Shown piece after piece: positions 26,291 through 39,158 of a DNA stretch of 64,000 bases. Positions within the stretch are counted from its first letter, which is position 1. Each line of letters opens with the position of its first letter. The stretch comes from Octopus sinensis. Lineage: Eukaryota. The stretch spans positions 42,470,001 to 42,534,000 of the forward strand of contig NC_042999.1 in assembly GCF_006345805.1 (NCBI RefSeq), given 5' to 3'. The translations under genes were made by a program, and so were the position numbers. A model generated the notes under the pieces. It made no database searches, was not told the origin of the DNA, and saw only the letters and a program-made list of their open reading frames with translations.

Positions 26291-26894
26291 GAGGACTTTC
26301 TTCAGTTGTTTGAATCCCACATCATGTTTCTGCAGGAAATAGCATACCAGTCTTGCTGGAAAGTTATAGCCAACTTCAGTAAGCAATGAGGCTGCATGCC
26401 ATCCTTTGACAAGAGCTCCAGTACTTGATTGGTACTTTATATCATCACCCCCTGTGGAATCAGACAAATTTAACCATACCTGGATTTGAATTCATTAAAA
26501 TAAAGAGCCTGAGTATTTTGTCAGATACTCCAAACATTATGCCAAGCCACACAGCCCTTGTAATAATAAAAACAGTTTCTAATTTAGACACCCATATATA
26601 TGATATATATGAAATTTTGAATTTAGTTTATGGACCCCCAGTACTACCTTTGTGGACAACCAGGGGTCTGCAGACCTCAGGTTGGGAACAACTGGTTTAT
26701 AATATCATATAAAAATCACCCTTACTGGCACCATATAAAAAGCACCCAGTACACTCTGTAAAGTGGTTAGTGCTAGGAAGGGCATCCAGCCATAGAAACC
26801 ATGTCAAAGCAGGGATTGGAACCTGGTGCATCAACCTCGAAAGGATGAAAGGCAAAGTCAACCTCGGCAGAATTTGAACTCAGAACGCAATAAT

Positions 26895-26910
26895 GCTAAT
26901 AATAATAATG

Positions 26911-26944
<34 letters not shown>

Positions 26945-27116
26945 TGGTTTCAAATTTTGCTGCAAGGGCTGAAATTTTGGGGGAGGAGATGAATCAATTT
27001 CATCAACCCCAGTGTTCAACTGGTACTTATTCTATCAATCCTGAAAGAATGAAAAGCAAAGTTGACCTCGGGAGAATTTGAATTCAGAACAAATAATAAT
27101 AATAATAATAATAATA

Positions 27117-27147
<31 letters not shown>

Positions 27148-27258
27148 AATAATAATAATAATGATGATGATAATAATAATAATAAATAATAATGATGATG
27201 ATAATAATAATATAATGATAATATAATATAATAATAATAATAATAAATAATAATGATG

Positions 27259-27289
<31 letters not shown>

Positions 27290-27306
27290 TAATAATAATA
27301 ATAATG

Positions 27307-27336
<30 letters not shown>
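26895..27336. repeat. (AAT)n microsatellite tract, interrupted by a SINE
   Basis: Long AAT/GAT runs directly upstream of the R4/Dong-like LINE. Confidence 0.95.
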
Positions 27337-27340
<4 letters not shown>

Positions 27341-30300
27341 TACTCCCTGAACCAATCATAAACACTAAGACAGATGAACATCAAATAGATAAAGAAAGTC
27401 ACACAAATATTGACCCAACAGAACTACATGAGCTAAAAAATCAAATCATGATTGAATGGCTGAAAATTAAAGAAACCAGCATGGATGAACGTGATACACT
27501 CCCTAAAATCCGCAACTCTAACCAAAACATGAAAATAATTGGTAAAATTCGGTTTGCACTTAAGGATATAATTTCACCTAATGATGTTGATATCACAAAT
27601 CTCAACCACCTATACAATGCATCCGCGAAAATCTCAACAATCCTATGTGGTGTAAAGATTAGAAAACGGCAACATTCCCACAAAAAGCCTTCTTGGCAAG
27701 AGCGTTTGCAACAACAAATTAAACTATTTAGATCTGACATTGAATATTTGAAAAACCTTCAGGTTCACAAGACTACCAAACCTACAAAAACCCAAAAGTT
27801 ATTGAAAAAATACAATATGAAAACTATATTTGATATTGATGCCACCATAGAAACCATCAAACAAAAGGTATCTGCCAAAGCTGCCCGCATAGCGAGGTAT
27901 GAGAAGCGTGTTAGATTTTTCAAGGTCAACAACATGTTCAAAAATAACCCCAAGAATTTTTACAGGAAGATAGGAAAAACAGTGTTTACTGCAAGGTCTG
28001 TACCATCAAAAGAAGAAGTGCAGGGACTTCGGAATAAAATTTGGGCAGAAGAAAAAACACACAACGAAAAGGCCCCCTGGATTGACAGAATATCTACAGA
28101 ACTGGACCCTTAGAAGAGCAAAAGTGGGAGGGTGTCAAGGTAAAAGATATAAGATCTGCTCTCAGGAGGTCAAGCAAATGGAAGTCTCCAGGAAAGGATA
28201 AAATTCCTAACTTCTGGCTGAATGCCTTCCCAGAGAGCCATGAACTGCTAACAGAACTGTACAATGATGTTTTGCAACACCCTAGTAGGATGCCTCCCTG
28301 GCTAGTTAATGGGTTAACATTCCTGCTTCCAAAAAGTGAAGAAACAAATGAACCAAAAAACTATAGACCCATAACCTGCTTAACAACTATGTATAAAATG
28401 CTAACATCTGTCCTGACGGAATATACTTATAGTTTTTTAACAGACAGCAGCATATTCCCTAATGAACAGAAAGGATGTAAACGTGGATCCTACAGCTGTA
28501 AAGATCAACTACTCATCAATAAGATGATCTTAGAAGATTGTCACAAATGATACAAAAGCTTATCAATAGCCTGGATAGACTATAAAAAGGCTTTTGATAG
28601 CCTACCACATAGCTGGATTAGGAAATGCCTGGAAATGTATAAGATAGCACCTACTCTGCGAAACTTTTTGACTGTAAGTATGAGATCATGGAGAACCACA
28701 CTAACTCTGAACAGTGACAATGAATCCCTAAATGCTGGTGATGTAAAAATTTCATGTGGCATTTTCCAGGGTGACTCACTGTCATCACTCCTCTTTTGTT
28801 TAGCCTTAATACCTCTCTCAAAACTGCTCAATGACGCGCAGTACGAGTATGAAATGTTTGATAAAAATATAAATCATCTCATTTACATGGATGATTTAAA
28901 GCTTTTTACAAAAATGACCAACAACTCAAGGGCTTACTAGCGATAGTCAAACAATTCAGTGATGACATCAGAATGCAATTCGGCCTCGATAAATGTGCAA
29001 AAGCTACCTTTATCAAACGAAAAATGACAGAAACATCTAACGTTAACTTGACCAGCAGAATGTCATAAAAGAACTAGACCCAGCGAAGAGCTACAAGTAC
29101 CTAGGGGTAACTGAAGGGAACGGAATAAGGCATTCAGAGATGAAGGAAAGGATCAGGAGAGAATGTTATCGAAGAGTGAGAGCAATACTCAAGACAGAGC
29201 TGAATGCAAGAAACAGGATCGAAGCGATCAATGCATTAGCCATACCAGTCGTAACTTACAGTTTCAATATCGTTAACTGGTCAATTACTGAAATATGTCA
29301 GCTCAACAGAAAAATAAGAAAACTGTTGACAATGCATAGAATGCACCACCCTAAGGCAGATACAGAACGACTTTATCTGCCAAGAAAAGAGGGAGGCCGT
29401 GGTCTTTTGCAACTGGCAATAACAATGAAGATTGCTACAATTGGCCTAGACACCCACCTGAAAAAGTCTGAGGACTGGATGTTAAAACTTGTCTCAAAGC
29501 ATGAAAAACAGAAAGCATCATACTCAGTAACAAAACAGGCAAAGGAATATCTAAGTGAATTCCGAATACAACCAATTAGAGATAGACATACAAGAAACAA
29601 GCACAGAAAATGCTAGGCGCATGAAAACCCGTGCCAAAACTGCGGCCTTAGATATTCTGAATAATAAATGGCAAGAAAAACCTCTCTATGGCAAATACCC
29701 AAAGAGAGCGAATAATGCAGATATTGACAAAGCCCTGACCCATCAATGGCTAATGGCCTCGGGCTTAAAATCTGAAACAGAAGGGTTTATCATAGCAGCT
29801 CAAGATCAATGCCTACCAACAAGAAACTACCAGGCCAACATATTAAAGAACGGCAGTAGCCCAACATGTCATGTATGCCGACAACAAAATGAAACCATTG
29901 ATCATGTTGTCTCCAAATGCAGTCTTCTAGCACCTACAGAGTACCTCAACAGGCATGATAGAGCTGCACAATATATTCACTGGGTAATTTGCAAAAACCT
30001 GGATTTGCCCTATGAAAAAAACTGGTGGGAACACAATCCACCTCCAGTGCTTGAATATGACCACATCTCACTCCTCTGGAACTTCACCATACAACCTGAC
30101 AGAAAGATAGATGCAAATAGGCCAGACATCATATTGAAAGACTTCAGACAAAGAACATGCCTCCTCATTAATATGACTGTCCCAATCGATATAAACGTAT
30201 CTGTCAAGACCTACCAAAAACTGAGCAAATATAAAGATCTTGAAATAGAAATCAGCAAAATGTGGAACCTGAAGACTAAAACAATACCTGTTGTCATAGG

Positions 30301-30628
30301 TGCCCTTGGAATGATAGCGAAAGGGGCTGATTGCTACCTAACTCAGATACCAGGAAACCCCAAAATGGCAGAAATTCAAAAGATAGTGCTCATGGGAACT
30401 GCTCATATCCTACGCAAAATACTCTCTATGTAATCCCAAGGTTTAAAACAAACTTTTTTTTTTTAAATTTATGTATTAGACATTCACTAGTACAACATCA
30501 AAAAAGATCCCAAATATATGGCACACTAGGCATAACAACAACATGAACTTCCAACCTGTTGTCTCTTGAGGTCTCTGGGTGAGACTTGGAGCCAACTTGT
30601 ACAGACATAAAGCAAAAGTCAAACATAG
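27337..30628 (+). mobile_element. R4/Dong-like non-LTR retrotransposon (RT + CCHC + RLE), 5'-truncated and pseudogenised
   Basis: YRPITCLTTMYK, QKGCKRG, WIDYKKAFDSLPH, GIFQGDSLS, YMDDLKLF, CHVC..TIDHVVSKC, RHD and RPDIIL..INMTVP..KLSKY motifs, with several stops and frameshifts. ORF stop at 30433. (AAT)n on both flanks. Confidence 0.9.
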
Positions 30629-30647
30629 AATAATAATAATAATAATA

Positions 30648-31081
30648 CATCTATCTATTTGCAACGGACCAGATATAGTTGTCAGAGATCATGAAGGAAA
30701 AAAATGCTTTCTAATTGATGTATCAATACCGGCAGATGACAACGTGTCTCTAAAAGAAATGGAGAAACTTTCAAAATACAAAGACCTGGAAATGGAGGTA
30801 ACCAGAATGTGGAATCTAAAAACAGAAACAATTCCTATCATAGTAGGTGCATTAGGCATGATAAAAAAATATTCAGACAAATACATAACAAAAACACCAG
30901 GACTAACAGATATATATGATATACAGAAAATTGCACTACTAGGCACTGCACACATCCTACGCAGAACACTTTCTATACAATAACCATCAGAGCATCACAA
31001 CAAATCACAGCACATACCCAAGGCACACAGAGCCGCGCTCGGCAGTGAAGTGAAAGCACGCTATAAAAAATAAAACTATTG
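30648..31081 (+). mobile_element. Second R4/Dong-like family, short 3' fragment (RLE C-terminus)
   Basis: PDIVVRD..CFLIDVSIPAD..KLSKYKDL..IPIIVGALG..GTAHILRRTL. Its 3' UTR differs from the upstream element. Flanked by (AAT)n. Confidence 0.85.
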
Positions 31082-31571
31082 AATAATAATAATAATGATA
31101 ATAATGATTTCACATTTTGGCAAAGAAAGTCATTAATTTTAACAGGAGGGGCATAGTTAATTCCCTAAGCCCTAGTGTACAACTGGTACTTATTTTATCA
31201 ACAGACTGAAGGGATGAAAGGCAAACTCTATCTCAGTGAGATTTCAATGCCATACATAAAGAGCCATGACTAAACAACACAAGGCATTTTGTCCAGCACT
31301 GAAGCAACTCAGTCAAAGAAGTGGTGATGGTGGTGGTGGTGGTGGTGGTTTTGGTAGTGATGACAAGAACTAAAGTTCAGATGGTTGAATCAATATAAAA
31401 TATCAGAGAGCCAGCTGAGAATCTGGAAGCACCTTACATCACCTGCTGACAGGATATGACATCAATGCACCAATAGCGATTTCACTTAGTTCAACATATC
31501 AAAGTTCCTTTAGACCTACTGGGATACAATCTTAAGTCATTAGTGTACAAAGAAAAAAAATTATCATATTA

Positions 31572-31999
31572 GGCATAGGAGTGGCTGTGTGGTAAGTAGC
31601 TTGCTTACGAACCACACAGTTCCGGGTTCAGTCCCACTGCATGGCACCTTGAGCAAGTATCTTCTACTATAGCCTCAGGTGGACCAAAGTCTTGTGAGTT
31701 AATTTGGCAGATGGAAACTGAATGAAGCCTGTCGTATGTATGTGTGTGTGTATATATATATATATAATGTATGTATGTATGTGTGTGTGTGTATATGTTT
31801 GTGTGTCTGTCTTTGTCCCCCCAACATCGCTTATCAACCGATGCTGGTGTGTTTACATCCCCCGTATCTTAACGGTTCGGCCAAAGAGACTGATAGAATA
31901 AGTACCAGGCTTACAAAGAATAAGTCCTGGGGTTGATTTGCTCGACTAAATGTGATGCTCCAGCATGGCCATAGTCAAATGACTGAAACAAGTAAAAGA
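31572..31999 (+). mobile_element. tRNA/CORE SINE, full length
   Basis: Same architecture as 7940-8354. Confidence 0.8.
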
Positions 32000-33544
32000 G
32001 TTAATTTTAAAATTACGCTATTTTAGCATATTTATTGTCATTTTTAAGTATGTATGTTCATTTCTGTTTTTAATTATTTCAATTCTTCCTTTGAAGGAGC
32101 TGGTTTCTAACAAAAATACAAAACTCCACCGTTGGAATGTAGGTAATGAAAACAAAGTCACATTTTAATCCTGTGAAAAATCTTACATGTATGTCTATAT
32201 AATTTCTATTTTAACTCATTTATCAATATAAGTTCAGCAGATGTAGAGTTGATGTCATTGTTGTACAGAATGTAAGCACAGAGACAAAAAAAAAAAGCAA
32301 ACCAAGCAGGAAATCTGTAAGTGGTTACGCAATCTGCAAGAAATAGCAGCCAAATCTTTCTCAAATCACTGTCATCTTAATGTAGAACAATATTAAAAGA
32401 CATTTTAATATGTCAGCACCGCCTTGACTGGCTTCCATGCTGGTGGCACATACAAAGTATCAACCGATCGTTGCCGTTGCCAGCCTCCCCTGGCACCTGA
32501 GCTGGTGGCAGTTAAAAAGCACCCACTACACTCACGGAGTGGTTGGCGTTAGGAAGGGCATCCAGCTGTAAAAACACTACCAGATCAGACTGGAGCCTGG
32601 TGCAGCCTCTCTTGGCTTCCCAGACCCTGGTCAAACCATCCAACCCATGCTAGCATGGAAAACGGACGTTAAACGATGATGATGATGATGATGATGATTG
32701 CATAGTATAGTCCTAGAAGTGTTTTGACAAAAGTTTTGCCAGCTGAGTTGACTTAAGGTTAAATAAGAACAGCAGCACATTATCATCATCATCATCATCA
32801 TTTTAACATCTACTTTTCCATGTTTGCATGGGTCAGATGAGATTTGTTCAGACATCTTTTCTAGGGCTTGATGCTTTTCTTATTACCTGCACTTCGACAG
32901 GTTTCCATGGAAGCCTGCAAGCAAATGTCACTTCCTGTATGATGGTGAAGATTGTTTACAATTAGCACATGATATCAAGGAAAATCATACACATGCACAC
33001 TCACACACACACACACATGTACACACATGACTGAAACCTTACAAATGAATTTGTAAGGCTTTCCTTGATTTGGGTTTATGGGAGAAATCACTTGCCCAAG
33101 GTGTTGCATAGTTAGACTGAATGTGAAGCCATAAGGTTGTGAAGTGAACTACTCAAACCACCAAGCCATGTCTGTAAATATGCAAAGAAAAAGATTACAA
33201 AAAAATCATAAGAGGAACTGCAGAGTAAAAAAAAGAAGATAAAACTAGGAATTTAAAAGGAATATGGTCAAAGATTCAGCAATGCTAATGAAGCTTTGCT
33301 ATCGGCATTTCTTGAATGGAGGTATAAACCACAGCTCGCAACAGAGACGTTGCCATTGCAGAATACTGGAGAATAAAAGTGCATGGTATGTAAGAATGAT
33401 AGAAAGAAATTTCAATGATAGGAGAAAAGAAAAGATATTGTACCCTTTGGACTAAACATTAATAATGAAAGAAGAAAATGGGAACGACAAAGAAAATAAG
33501 AAAAGAGAGAGAAGACCTTGCTTAAAAGATATTAATGCTTGAAG

Positions 33545-33690
33545 AAATATATGAAAATAACCAGGCAGTTCCATGAAAGTATCACTGCCAAGATCTTTCT
33601 TATGAGCAATATTTCAGCCTCCTCTCTAATATCTCAAAGAGTGAAGCAAGGATGTATACTAGCTTCAATTTTGTTTGCAATATTTCTGGG
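33545..33690 (+). pseudogene. RTE-type RT relic
   Basis: ITRQFHESITAK..RVKQGCILASILFAIF resembles the RTE RT motif IRQFHDGM..GVKQGCVLAPTLF. Confidence 0.5.
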
Positions 33691-34744
33691 TTCCATTAGC
33701 ATACCAGGCAGAATGCTTAGTGGCATTTTATCTGTTTTTTACATTCTGAGTTCAAATTCTGCTGAGGTCAACTTTGCCTTTCATCCTTTTGAGGTCAATG
33801 AAATAACTAGTAGTTGAGCACTGAGGTCAATATAATTGACTCATTCCTCCTGAAATTTGCTGGCCTTGTGCCAAAATTTGAAATCAATAGTTCTCGATTC
33901 CATGCCTGAAAGCATGATAAGTGAGCTGATAAGTGGAGCATAAACTTGCATGAGGCTGTTAAACCTATCTAGATTTAACCCTTTAGCATTCAGATTTTTT
34001 TCTGTCAAACATAATGCTTATTTATTCACATTGTTTTCAATTGATCATGCATCATCTTGCAGCCTTGAGATCTTGATGATGTGATGGGGAATTTCAACCA
34101 TGTTTCATGGTCTGCTACCACAACAGCTTTATAGGATCCAGTTAGCTAAAGACATCATCAGGAAGAACCACGTCCGGTTTCAGCTCCTACTCCTCTACCG
34201 TTTTGATGTTGCGGGGTCCCCACTTTCAGAGGTATCTTCAGCTCTGGTGTTGGGTGCATGTCTTCTTTCTTCTTCTTTCCCCTGGCCTCAACGAGTGTCA
34301 GCAGGTGACTGACTGCCTTGTCAAATTTTTCCCCTTAAATATGACAAGGCAGAAAAAAAAATCCCTTGTCATAGTTTATTTCTAGAATAACAATGTAGAG
34401 TAGATGTAAGGGGCTAGAACTGGCTGGCCTGAACATAAACAGATAGGATATTTGGGCCATTTATGGCTGGTTTAAATGCCAAAGATTAACATCTGCTAGG
34501 AAATGCCATAATATGGATATTTCTACTGACCTCTCATTGCTGATAACTCAACATTAATGATCTATTTCTGAAAAGATATTCAGAAAATAATGCATCATTT
34601 TAAATGTGTGTCAACTGCTATCAGCCTATGGATTAGCAGAGTACCAATTTAAACCTGTAGGGCTGAAACATGAAATGCCAATTATCCTGATTTGATAATC
34701 AGTTTATCCTTTCAACATTCAGATTACCCAGTCAAATGTACGTA

Positions 34745-35058
34745 AATGATAAACGTCGCCCGTTTCAAGCCTAGCCAGGCTCATGGGCCCGGTTTCCTGG
34801 TTGCTGTGGCGTATGTGTTCCCCCCAGCTGGACAGGACGCCAGTCCATCACAGCATTACTCAAGAAACAGGAAGAAAGAGTGAGAGAAAGTTGGGGCGAA
34901 AGAGTACAACAGGGGTCGCCACCACCCCCTGCCAGAACTTCGTGGAGCTTTTTAGGTGTTTTCACTCAATAAACACACACAGCGCCCGGTCTGGGAATCA
35001 AAACTGCAATCCTTCGACCGCGAGTCCGCTGCCCTAACCACTGGGCCATTGCACCTCC
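34745..35058 (-). mobile_element. Second tRNA-derived SINE family
   Basis: Head GGAGGTGCAATGGCCCAGTGGTTAGGGCAGCGGACTCGCGGTCG with A/B boxes. Flanked by CAGTCAA(A/G)TGTA (likely TSD). Copies at 45775-46089 and 49105-49300. Confidence 0.75.
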
Positions 35059-36952
35059 AGTCAAGTGTAATGCTTGCTTATTCATGTTGTTTTGAATTAT
35101 GCATTATCTGGTAGCTTTGACATTTCAATGATGTGATTGTGCATTCTTAGAATGACACTAGAAAAGGTGAGAGGCTGGATCTGGCCAGTTTTAACACACA
35201 AGTGGTACAATTCTTGGATCTGATATGGTTTATTTGAAGGTGCATGGCTTAGTAGTTAGGGTGTCGGATTCATGGTCATAAGATTGTAGTTTCAATTCCT
35301 GGACTGGACACCACATTGTATTCTTAACCCATTCGTTACCATATTTATTTTGAGATGCTCTGTTTCTTTGGGAATTATAATCACTGATGACAACAGCCTA
35401 GATATAAAGATAGCTTGCTACACCTTTTTTGTTCTGGTCGCATTGGAAAACCTCAAATGATCAAATGGGAAAAATACAAGACCTTAAACTGAGAACAAAA
35501 TGTGAAGTTTACCAAGAAGCAGTGCAATCTTGTTTTTTCTTGTTCCCTGCTGAAACCTAAAACCTACATACCATATCACTGACATATTAATAAGCAGAAG
35601 AACTGTAGTATTGTTTCCCACCAACTGATCCTAGGAGTTGGGGTTTGGCATTGGTCTTAGTTCTGCTGATCAAACAGTAATGACCTTCAATGTTATCGAT
35701 TTTATGAGCCATTTGAAACCTTTGGGGCTCATCTATATAAAGATAACCCAATTACAAGTTGGTGCAGTCCAATAGTTAATTAAACTGACTACCATTATAA
35801 GAACTGAGCTTCAACTAAGCACAAAAGTCTGAAAAAAAGATTTGTGCAAGTATGGCTGTGTGGTTGAGTAAGTTGCTTTGCTACCACATGGTTTCAGGTT
35901 CAGTTCCACTGCACAGCACATTGAGCAAGTGTTTTCTATTGTCCTAGGACAATAAATGCATTCTGAGCAAATTTGGAAAACAGAAACTGTATAGAAACCC
36001 ATCATGTATATGTGTATGTTTGTATGTGTGTGTGTGTACATGTGCATGTGTGTTTGTCCCCTGCCACCACTTGATAATCAGTTTATTTGTGTCCCTATAA
36101 CTTAGCTGTTTTGCAAAAATACTAATTAAAATAAATACAAAAATAAGTACAGGGGTCAATATATTTGACTAAACCCTTCAAAGTGATGTCCCAGCATGGT
36201 CGCAGTCCAGTGACCAGAACAAGTAAAAGATAAAAAATAAAGACAGTCATACCTGAAATGCTTATGATTGCTGATCCACTAGGTCAAGGGAAACATGAAG
36301 GAGGATTCTAAAAAGCAACAACACAATCAAAAGAAGCCTATATATTGATACCCAACCAGCAAGAAAGAGTAGTCAAATTACCCACAAATTATACTCCCAA
36401 CGCTTTTGAAAACCGAAGGAACATTAGATAATGTAGAACTAAGTCTGGTCGAGAAGGAATGGAAGTGAATTTCAAAAGATATAATTTCAACTGAACTGGT
36501 ACCATATCTTTGGTGCCTTGGATCTGGGGTACCTTAACCATCCAGGAGGGTTGCAACGCAGACAGTAGCACAGAATATGGTAGTAGAGAGGTATCCAAGT
36601 GTCAGTGCAGGTGTGTGGCTCAGTGGTTAGGGTGTTGGACTGATGATTGTAAGATTGTGGTTTTGATTCCTGGACCAAGAAACACATTTTTCTGAGCAAA
36701 GCACTTCATATCATGTTGCTCCAGTCCACTCAGCTGGTAAAAATGAGTAACTCCACTACAGGCCAGTGTCCCATCCAGGTTGTGAATATATGTACCATGG
36801 AAACTGGGAATCTATCCCTTATGAGTCAGCATGACTAGAGACAGAAACCACACCTTTTGTGGAGGTGCTTGGCTTAGTAGTTAGGGTGTCGGATTCATGG
36901 TCATAAGATTGTGGTTTCAGTTCCTGGACTGGACACCACATTGTATTCTTAA

Positions 36953-37154
36953 CCCATTCATTACCATATTTATTTCGAGATGCTCTGTTTCTTTCAATTA
37001 ATTTTAAATATAACAAAGAATTTAGTAAAATAATTTAGTTATCATTAAGCAAGGGTTAAGAGCATAAATCGTGACTAAAGTTTGGTGGAAGATTTTAATT
37101 GAAAACTTATGAAAACAAAACATTTGTACTACAGAGCCAGAGGTATCGAAAGGG
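36953..37154. mobile_element. piggyBac-like MITE
   Basis: TTAA|CCCATT...AAAGGG|TTAA. Confidence 0.7.
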
Positions 37155-38088
37155 TTAAGGAAAACCTTTCATTTTATGCTGCTCCAGTCCAGTCAGCTGG
37201 CAAAAATGAGTAATCCTGCAATGACCCGGTGTACCCATCCATGTGGGGAATATATATGTCACAAAACTGGGAAACCAGCCTTTATGAGTCAGTACGACTC
37301 AAGAAGGAATACTTTACTTTTTACTATCCAGGAGTCATGACCTAGATGTTGCCAGGCAATCTTAGAATGTTAGAAGTTGAGGCCTGAGACATTAATATGA
37401 GGGTAGGGAGGGAGGGTGGGTGGGGATCCTTCTCTGATGACCGTCTGTTGTTCAGCTCTGCCTCAAGTTTTTTAGTACTATGTCTGACAAAAATAGAGGG
37501 GCAACCAAAATACCTTTGATCATACTGGATCAGAATCACCGTTGACTCAGGGCTAGAAAAAAAAAAACAATAACGGCAATGTGCCTGTGTGTGTGCTGTA
37601 GGTGTATTGGAGTGCTAGGGGGGGGGGTGTCAAACAAAATAGGTTGTACTAAACAAAGGGCAAATGATACCTGAGTTGAGATGCTCTGATATATATTAGT
37701 ATCAAGTCAGATTTATATAAATTTAGTTTGACAGCTGCTAAAGTATATTTTAGATTTTACATTATTTATAGACATACTCCGCATCTCTCTATCTATCTCT
37801 CTACCTACCTACCTACCTACCTATCTACCTACCTATCTATCTATTTATCTATTTATTTATCTTTAGATAGATAGATAGATAGAATGATACACATACATAT
37901 GTGTATGTGTGCGTGTATAAATATACCTATATATATATGTATATATTTGTACACATAACACAATTGTATGCCTATATGTAAATATATATATATACATATA
38001 TATAGTCATGCACATATATATGTACATAAATATACAACATATATATATATATGCACACACATTACATACATATACATACACAACGCAT

Positions 38089-38123
<35 letters not shown>

Positions 38124-38137
38124 TATACATATACATC

Positions 38138-38172
<35 letters not shown>

Positions 38173-38391
38173 ATATATATAATCATATATATTATATATA
38201 TAAAACATGTGCACACACACACACACACATACATATGTATTATATGTACACAAATGTATATCTCTCCCCAAGCTATAAAACCATAGATGATTCAGTTTTA
38301 AAGTAGATATTAAAATTTTCATTGTCTTCTTTTGTTGTTGTTATTATTATTATTATTATTATTGTTGTTGTTGTTATTATTGTCGTTGTTA

Positions 38392-38452
<61 letters not shown>

Positions 38453-38677
38453 CATTATTATTACTTTCTTTCTTCCCTTGTCAATAAATAGCTTTGAAGC
38501 TCTCACTATGAGAGCAGCTGATACTACATTAATAGGGGAACGGTCAGTGATGGGTCAAAGGTGACAAACTGATCTAACAATTGATGTCTACCTAGCCAAA
38601 GCTGGCTTGCTTGGGGAGCACTAAGAAACTAACTGGTCTAACTATATACTCAGCATCGTGATCACAACGATATTGAC

Positions 38678-38712
<35 letters not shown>

Positions 38713-39126
38713 CGCTGATGATGATGATGATGATGCTACTGCTGATGACAGCTCTGATGGTTGCTTTAATAGTGGCTCGGAGAGGGGCTGTAATGTTGAT
38801 GTTGATGATGATGATGATGATGGTGATGGTGATGATGATATTGTTCGTAATGTCAGTCTAAGGTTATGAGGAGAAAAGGTGCTTTGTATTAGTGGATAGT
38901 GTCATTGAAATCGTTCATGTTGTTGCTGTTGTTGTTGTTAGTGGTGGTAGTGGTGGTGGAGGTGGTGGAGGTGGTGGTGGTGGTGGTGGTGGTGCTGATG
39001 CTGCTACTGTTGTTGTTTACCTCCCAAGTACACACACATATTCACACTCACATACATCAGTCCTGGCTGAGAAGACATTTGGTCAAAGGTATTTCAACCA
39101 TGACCACCCTGTCCTTTTTTATTCTT

Positions 39127-39158
<32 letters not shown>

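Noticed and set aside
36253-37560. AG...GT-bounded segments on the minus strand (36253-36307, 37514-37552) as micro-exons
   Set aside because: The first has stops in all frames. The second has no KIF6 homology and is not needed for phase continuity.
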